Shown piece after piece: positions 60,043 through 64,000 of a stretch of DNA of 64,000 nt. The notes below the pieces were generated by a model, which was given only the letters and a program-made list of their open reading frames with translations, was not told where the DNA came from and ran no database searches. Numbering within the stretch: position 1 is the stretch's first letter; the number at the start of each line of letters is the position of its first letter. The stretch comes from an uncultured Spirochaetales bacterium (GTDB lineage: Bacteria > Myxococcota_A > UBA9160 > SMWR01). The translations under genes were made by a program, and so were the position numbers. The DNA lies in assembly GCA_964653555.1 (NCBI GenBank), contig CAZZFT010000010.1:6389-70388 (forward strand). Reading direction: 5' to 3'.

Positions 60043-60909
60043 CTAGTCTCTCAGGCGCTTGCCGATCTCCGCGTAGGCGTCGATCCGGCGGTCTCGCAGG
60101 AAGGGCCAGTTGCGGCGCACCTCCTCGATCGCCCCGAGGTCGCAGTCGACGATCAGCGTCTCCTCCTCGTCCGAAGACGCACGGGCCAGCACCCGGCCGA
60201 AGGGATCGGCCAGGAACGACTGTCCCCAGAAGCGGATCCCCCCCTCCCGGCCGACGCGGTTCACCGCCGCCACGAACACGCCGTTGGCGATCGCGTGGCC
60301 GCGTTGCACCGTTTCCCAGGCATCTTGCTGTGCGGAGTCGACCGACTCACCCTCGTCGAACTGCCAGCCGATCGCCGTCGGGTAGAACAGCACCTGCGCG
60401 CCGGAGAGCGCAGTCAGCCGGGCGGCCTCCGGGAACCACTGGTCCCAGCAGACCAGGGCCCCGATCCGCGCCGGCCTCGTCGTGAAGGCCTGGAATCCGA
60501 GATCGCCGGGCGTGAAGTAGAACTTCTCGTAGTACAGCGGGTCGTCGGGGATGTGCATCTTGCGGTAGACGCCGACCGGCCTGCCGTCCGCGTCGATCAC
60601 CACGGCGGTGTTGTGGTAGACGCCCTGGGCGCGCCGCTCGAAGAGCGAGGCCACGATCGCCATCTCGCGCTCGGCGGCCAGCTTCGACAGCGCCTCGGTA
60701 CTCTCGCCCGGAATCGGCTCGGCGAGGTCGAAGTGGCGCGCGTCCTCGCTCTGACAGAAATAACGGGAGCGGAACAGCTCCGGAAGGCAGGCCAGGCGCG
60801 CACCCCGCTGGGCGGCCGCGTCGAGCTGCTCCAGGGCACGCGTCAGGTTGGTTGCCGGGTCTTCTTCCACCCGCATCTGGACGAGGGCGATCCGCAGGGA
60901 TCCGGCCAT
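60043..60909 (-). CDS. aguB: N-carbamoylputrescine amidase (nitrilase superfamily)
   Basis: 288 aa from the ATG at 60909. Glu-Lys-Cys triad contexts 'ACLPELF', 'VYRKMHIPDDP' and 'ALVCWDQWFPE'. Its stop lies 2 nt before the aguA start. It is the tail of track ORF 60043..61350. Confidence 0.9.
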   Translation of the reverse strand: MAGSLRIALVQMRVEEDPATNLTRALEQLDAAAQRGARLACLPELFRSRYFCQSEDARHFDLAEPIPGESTEALSKLAAEREMAIVASLFERRAQGVYHNTAVVIDADGRPVGVYRKMHIPDDPLYYEKFYFTPGDLGFQAFTTRPARIGALVCWDQWFPEAARLTALSGAQVLFYPTAIGWQFDEGESVDSAQQDAWETVQRGHAIANGVFVAAVNRVGREGGIRFWGQSFLADPFGRVLARASSDEEETLIVDCDLGAIEEVRRNWPFLRDRRIDAYAEIGKRLRD

Positions 60910-61006
60910 GGGGTCTGCGTAGGCCAGCGGCTGCGGGCCGGCAAGGGCCCCCTCGTGACCGGATCCGTCACGGCGACGGTCGACGCTCCTCTCGAAGGAG
61001 GAGATC

Positions 61007-61612
61007 GTGGAGATCCGACCCTCACAGGCCCCGCTCGCATGTCCCGTGGATCGCGTCCAACCCCGCGCGAGCGTGGTCGGGCTGCGCCGCTTCGCGCGGG
61101 GCGTCGCCGAGGCGCTCGCCGTGATCGCCGCGTTCGTCGCCGGCGGAATGGCCGTGGCGGCGGCTCTCGAGGGCGACGCCGCGGCAAACGGCCGCAGGTA
61201 CGCTTCGGTCGTGGAAACGAGCGACCCCACGCCCCGCGTCTGGCTGGTGGACGGGTACAACGTCCTGAACGTCGGGCTCCTGGCCGGGCGCGCGCGCGAG
61301 GGCTGGTGGTCTTCGCGCCACCGCGGCGAGCTGCTCGGGCGGATCGCCACCTTCGACGACCCGGACGCGGAGATCTGGGTGGTCTTCGACGGCGCCCACC
61401 CGCCCGACGCGCCGGCGCCGGGCCGCGTGCGCTCGGTGTTCGCCCCCGACGCCGATCAATGGCTGCTCGGGCGCATCCGCGAGGACACGGCCGGCTCCGT
61501 CGTCCTGGTCACGGCAGACCGGCGACTCGCCGCCAAGGCCCGCCACCGCGGCGCCGAGGTGATGGCGCCGCGGGCCTTCCTGGCGCGCTGCGGGAGGCCA
61601 CTCGGGGTCTAG
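61007..61612 (+). CDS. NYN/YacP-like (PIN-related) domain protein with N-terminal hydrophobic segment
   Basis: 201 aa. The GTG at 61007 is preceded by the strong SD 'AAGGAGGAGatc'. Has 'VWLVDGYNVLN', 'IWVVFDG' and 'VVLVTADRRLA', typical of YacP/Rae1-type NYN domains. The N-terminal 'VAEALAVIAAFVAGGMAVAAAL' may be a membrane helix. Confidence 0.75.
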   Translation: MEIRPSQAPLACPVDRVQPRASVVGLRRFARGVAEALAVIAAFVAGGMAVAAALEGDAAANGRRYASVVETSDPTPRVWLVDGYNVLNVGLLAGRAREGWWSSRHRGELLGRIATFDDPDAEIWVVFDGAHPPDAPAPGRVRSVFAPDADQWLLGRIREDTAGSVVLVTADRRLAAKARHRGAEVMAPRAFLARCGRPLGV

Positions 61613-61647
61613 GAGGCAGCCAGGCCGAGGCCCGGCGCGCGGTCCGC

Positions 61648-62463
61648 CTAGTCCATCTCGAAGTGGCGCAGGATCCGCGCGGCATTCTCCTCCGCCGCCC
61701 GACCGCTGATGTCGATCACCTGCCAGCCCTGCTCGCGATAGAGGCGGCGCGCGCGACGCACCTCGTCGATCAGCGTCTCGGGGTCGGCATAGGTGCTGTA
61801 GGGAGGCGCCCCGAGCGTGCGAACGCGGGCCTGGCGGATCGTGAGCAGGAGCGAGGGATCGACCGTCAGGGCGAAGACCTTCTTCGGGTCCAGCTCCAGC
61901 AGCTCGCGAGGCGGCTCGATGCCCGGGACGATCGGGACGTTCCCGGTCTTGTACCCGCGCTGGGCCAGGTACATCGAGAGCGGAGTCTTCGACGTGCGCG
62001 ACACCCCGGTGAGCACGAGGTCCGCGAGAAAGAGGGTGCGGAGGTTGGCTCCGTCGTCGTGGCGCACCGCGAACTCGACTGCTTCGATGCGCCGGAAGTA
62101 GTCGTCCGAGAAGCCGTGGAGGAGGCCCGGCTGGGACCTCGGTACGGCCTTCAGGTGCTCGGCCACCTTCGCGATCATGCCGCCGAGGACGTCGAAGGTG
62201 GGGACGCCCCGCGCCTCGGCCTCCTGGAGCAGGCCCTGCGCCACGCGTCGGTCGACCAGCGTGAACAAGACGAGGGCACCGACGCGCTCGGCTTCGGCCA
62301 CCACGCGGCGCGCGAGAGAGGCCTGTCGAATGCCGCCGAAGCGCCGGAGCTTGCTGTCGACTCGGAACTGGGCGAGCGCCGCCTTCGCCACCGCGGCGCC
62401 GGTGTCGCCGGTTCCATCGGAGACGATGTAGATCGGTCGGGGCGTCGGCAGCGGCTCGGTCAC
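61648..62463 (-). CDS. ppsR: pyruvate,phosphate dikinase / PEP synthetase regulatory protein (DUF299 kinase-pyrophosphorylase)
   Basis: 271 aa from the GTG at 62463. That start gives an N-terminus ('VTEPLPTPRPIYIVSDGTGDTG') collinear with E. coli PpsR. P-loop-like 'GVSRTSKTPLSMYLA'. The alternative ATG at 62562 adds 33 low-complexity codons of lower third-position G+C and would leave only 15 nt before divergent leuS. Confidence 0.8.
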   Translation of the reverse strand: MTEPLPTPRPIYIVSDGTGDTGAAVAKAALAQFRVDSKLRRFGGIRQASLARRVVAEAERVGALVLFTLVDRRVAQGLLQEAEARGVPTFDVLGGMIAKVAEHLKAVPRSQPGLLHGFSDDYFRRIEAVEFAVRHDDGANLRTLFLADLVLTGVSRTSKTPLSMYLAQRGYKTGNVPIVPGIEPPRELLELDPKKVFALTVDPSLLLTIRQARVRTLGAPPYSTYADPETLIDEVRRARRLYREQGWQVIDISGRAAEENAARILRHFEMD

Positions 62464-62577
62464 GGACGAAGCTTGCCTGATTTCCGGGGCCGCGACCTCG
62501 GGGCGGTCTTCTCCGTCGGTTCGAGCGTCGCGGCGCGACTCCCCGCTGCCGGAGCGATCCATTAGATTCCCCCGACC

Positions 62578-64000
62578 ATGCCCTACGACCCTGCGGCGAT
62601 CGAGGCGAAGTGGCAGGCCTGGTGGCAGGAGAACCAGGTCTTCCGCGCGGAGCTCGACCCGAGCAAGCCCAAATTCTACGTGCTGGACATGTTCCCCTAC
62701 CCCTCCGGCGCCGGGCTGCACGTCGGACATCCCAAGGGCTACATCGCCACCGACATCGTCTCCCGCTACAAGCGGATGCGCGGCTTCAACGTGCTCCATC
62801 CGATGGGCTGGGACGCCTTCGGCCTGCCGGCCGAGCAGTATGCGATCGAGACGGGCACTCATCCCCGCGAGACGACGCGTCGAAACATCCAGACCTTCAA
62901 GCGCCAGCTCTCCTCGCTCGGTCTGGACTACGACTGGTCGCGCGAGATCGACACCACGGATCCGGGCTACGTGAAGTGGACCCAGTGGATCTTCCAGCGC
63001 CTCTACGAGGCCGGCCTCGCCTACTACGCCGAGGTGCCCGTGAACTGGTGCCCCGCTCTGGGCACCGTGCTGGCGAACGAGGAGGTGATCGACGGCAAGA
63101 GCGAGCGGGGTGGCCATCCGGTGATACGGGTTCCGATGCGCCAGTGGATGCTTCGCATCACGGCCTATGCCGACCGCCTGATCGACGATCTCGAGCTCGT
63201 GGACTGGCCCGAGCCGATCAAGAAGATGCAGCGCGACTGGGTGGGGCGCTCGGTGGGAGCCCGCATCGTCTTCGACGTCGAGGGCTCCGAGGACCGCATC
63301 GAGGTGTTCACCACGCGGCCCGACACGCTGTTCGGGGCCACCTATCTGGTGCTGGCCCCCGAGCACCCACGGGTCGCCGGACTCACCAGCGAAGACCGTC
63401 GCGAGGCCGTGGCCCGCTACGTCGAGCAGACCGCTCGCCGCAGCGAGAGATCGCGGGTCGCCGACCAGACCAAGACCGGCGTCGCGATCGGCGCTCGCGC
63501 CCTGCACCCGGTCACCGGCAAGGCGATTCCGATCTGGATCTCCGACTACGTGCTGGCCAGCTACGGCACGGGCGCGATCATGGCCGTTCCGGGTCACGAC
63601 GCTCGCGACTGGGAGTTCGCGCGGGCCTTCGATCTGCCGATCGTCGAAGTGGTCTCGGGCGGCGACGTCGAGCGCGCCGCCTACGAGGGTCCAGGGCGAG
63701 CGGTCCATTCGGACTTCCTGAACGGTCTCGGGACCGAAGCGGCGAAGGAGCGGATGTGCAGCTGGCTCGAGGAGCACGGTCGCGGCGAGAAGTCCACCAG
63801 CTACAAGCTGCGCGACTGGCTGTTCTGCCGGCAGCGCTACTGGGGGGAGCCCTTCCCTGTCGTCCACCGTCGCGATGGCAGCACCGCCCTGGTGCCCGAG
63901 TCGGAGCTGCCCGTGCTGCTGCCGGAGCTCGAGGACTTCAAGCCCTCGGGTGAGTTCGAGCCGCCCCTGGCGCGCAGCCGGGAGTGGCTGGAGACGCGCG
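62578..64000 (+). CDS. leuS: leucyl-tRNA synthetase, 5' part (continues beyond window)
   Basis: Not in the ORF track because there is no stop inside the window. Hand translation from the ATG at 62578 gives '[93 protein letters not shown]...'. It carries the HIGH-type motif 'HVGH' and the LeuS editing-domain segment '[20 protein letters not shown]'. Confidence 0.95.
   Translation, partial: MPYDPAAIEAKWQAWWQENQVFRAELDPSKPKFYVLDMFPYPSGAGLHVGHPKGYIATDIVSRYKRMRGFNVLHPMGWDAFGLPAEQYAIETGTHPRETTRRNIQTFKRQLSSLGLDYDWSREIDTTDPGYVKWTQWIFQRLYEAGLAYYAEVPVNWCPALGTVLANEEVIDGKSERGGHPVIRVPMRQWMLRITAYADRLIDDLELVDWPEPIKKMQRDWVGRSVGARIVFDVEGSEDRIEVFTTRPDTLFGATYLVLAPEHPRVAGLTSEDRREAVARYVEQTARRSERSRVADQTKTGVAIGARALHPVTGKAIPIWISDYVLASYGTGAIMAVPGHDARDWEFARAFDLPIVEVVSGGDVERAAYEGPGRAVHSDFLNGLGTEAAKERMCSWLEEHGRGEKSTSYKLRDWLFCRQRYWGEPFPVVHRRDGSTALVPESELPVLLPELEDFKPSGEFEPPLARSREWLETR

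Noticed and set aside
62464-62562. ATG at 62562 (with a GGGGGA SD-like sequence) as the ppsR start
   Set aside because: It adds 33 low-complexity codons with clearly lower third-position G+C and leaves only 15 nt to the divergent leuS ATG. The GTG at 62463 gives an N-terminus collinear with E. coli PpsR. It is kept as an alternative.

Overview
Densely coding bacterial chromosomal segment with about 60 genes. It looks roughly 70% G+C by eye; I did not compute this. I saw no rRNA, tRNA or CRISPR array. The lineage cannot be fixed without database searches. A PEP-CTERM sorting signal, a BamE-like lipoprotein, an E. coli-type frdABCD operon and many F420/LLM and acyl-CoA enzymes suggest a metabolically versatile Gram-negative organism, possibly Myxococcota/deltaproteobacteria-like (low confidence).

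Gene order, left to right:
- MIO ammonia-lyase, hot-dog thioesterase and methyltransferase module, cut by the window edge.
- Five-gene minus-strand oxidoreductase/amidohydrolase operon: D-aminoacylase-like, LLM, KstD-like flavoprotein, FadH-like reductase, SnoaL-like.
- SDR.
- Two beta-lactamase-family serine hydrolases flanking a short, non-canonical tyrosine recombinase.
- SNF2 helicase, SWIM zinc-finger protein and serine hydrolase operon.
- PspA-like protein plus membrane partner, divergent from an OmpR/histidine-kinase pair.
- Long beta-oxidation-like operon (four acyl-CoA dehydrogenase paralogs, enoyl-CoA hydratase, acyltransferase, AstE/AspA-like hydrolase), divergent from an acyl-CoA synthetase.
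- Beta-propeller protein.
- Seven-gene translationally coupled operon of carbamoyl/amide chemistry: M20 carbamoylase, isochorismatase-type hydrolase, SSS transporter plus 40-aa peptide, divergent PyrB-like transcarbamylase, AsnB-like amidotransferase.
- CoA-transferases, PabB-like enzyme, DHH phosphoesterase, BolA, 2OG oxygenase, Hsp20, amidase, PEP-CTERM protein.
- frdABCD extended by a methyltransferase and an MBL hydrolase.
- aguBA, NYN/YacP-like protein, PpsR-like regulator, and the 5' part of leuS, which is absent from the ORF track because it runs off the window.

The carbamoyl/amide operon (36.5-43.7 kb) is my best candidate for an undescribed system. The SNF2/SWIM(RG-rich)/hydrolase operon next to the integrase is second. 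Four independent gene remnants suggest ongoing gene decay: an O-methyltransferase fragment, an internally deleted Zn-ADH, a frameshifted LLM oxidoreductase and a 5'-truncated TPR regulator.

Many long track ORFs are antisense or out-of-frame artefacts of the high G+C content. All family calls rest on motif recognition by eye and on start/stop geometry. No searches or computations were run.
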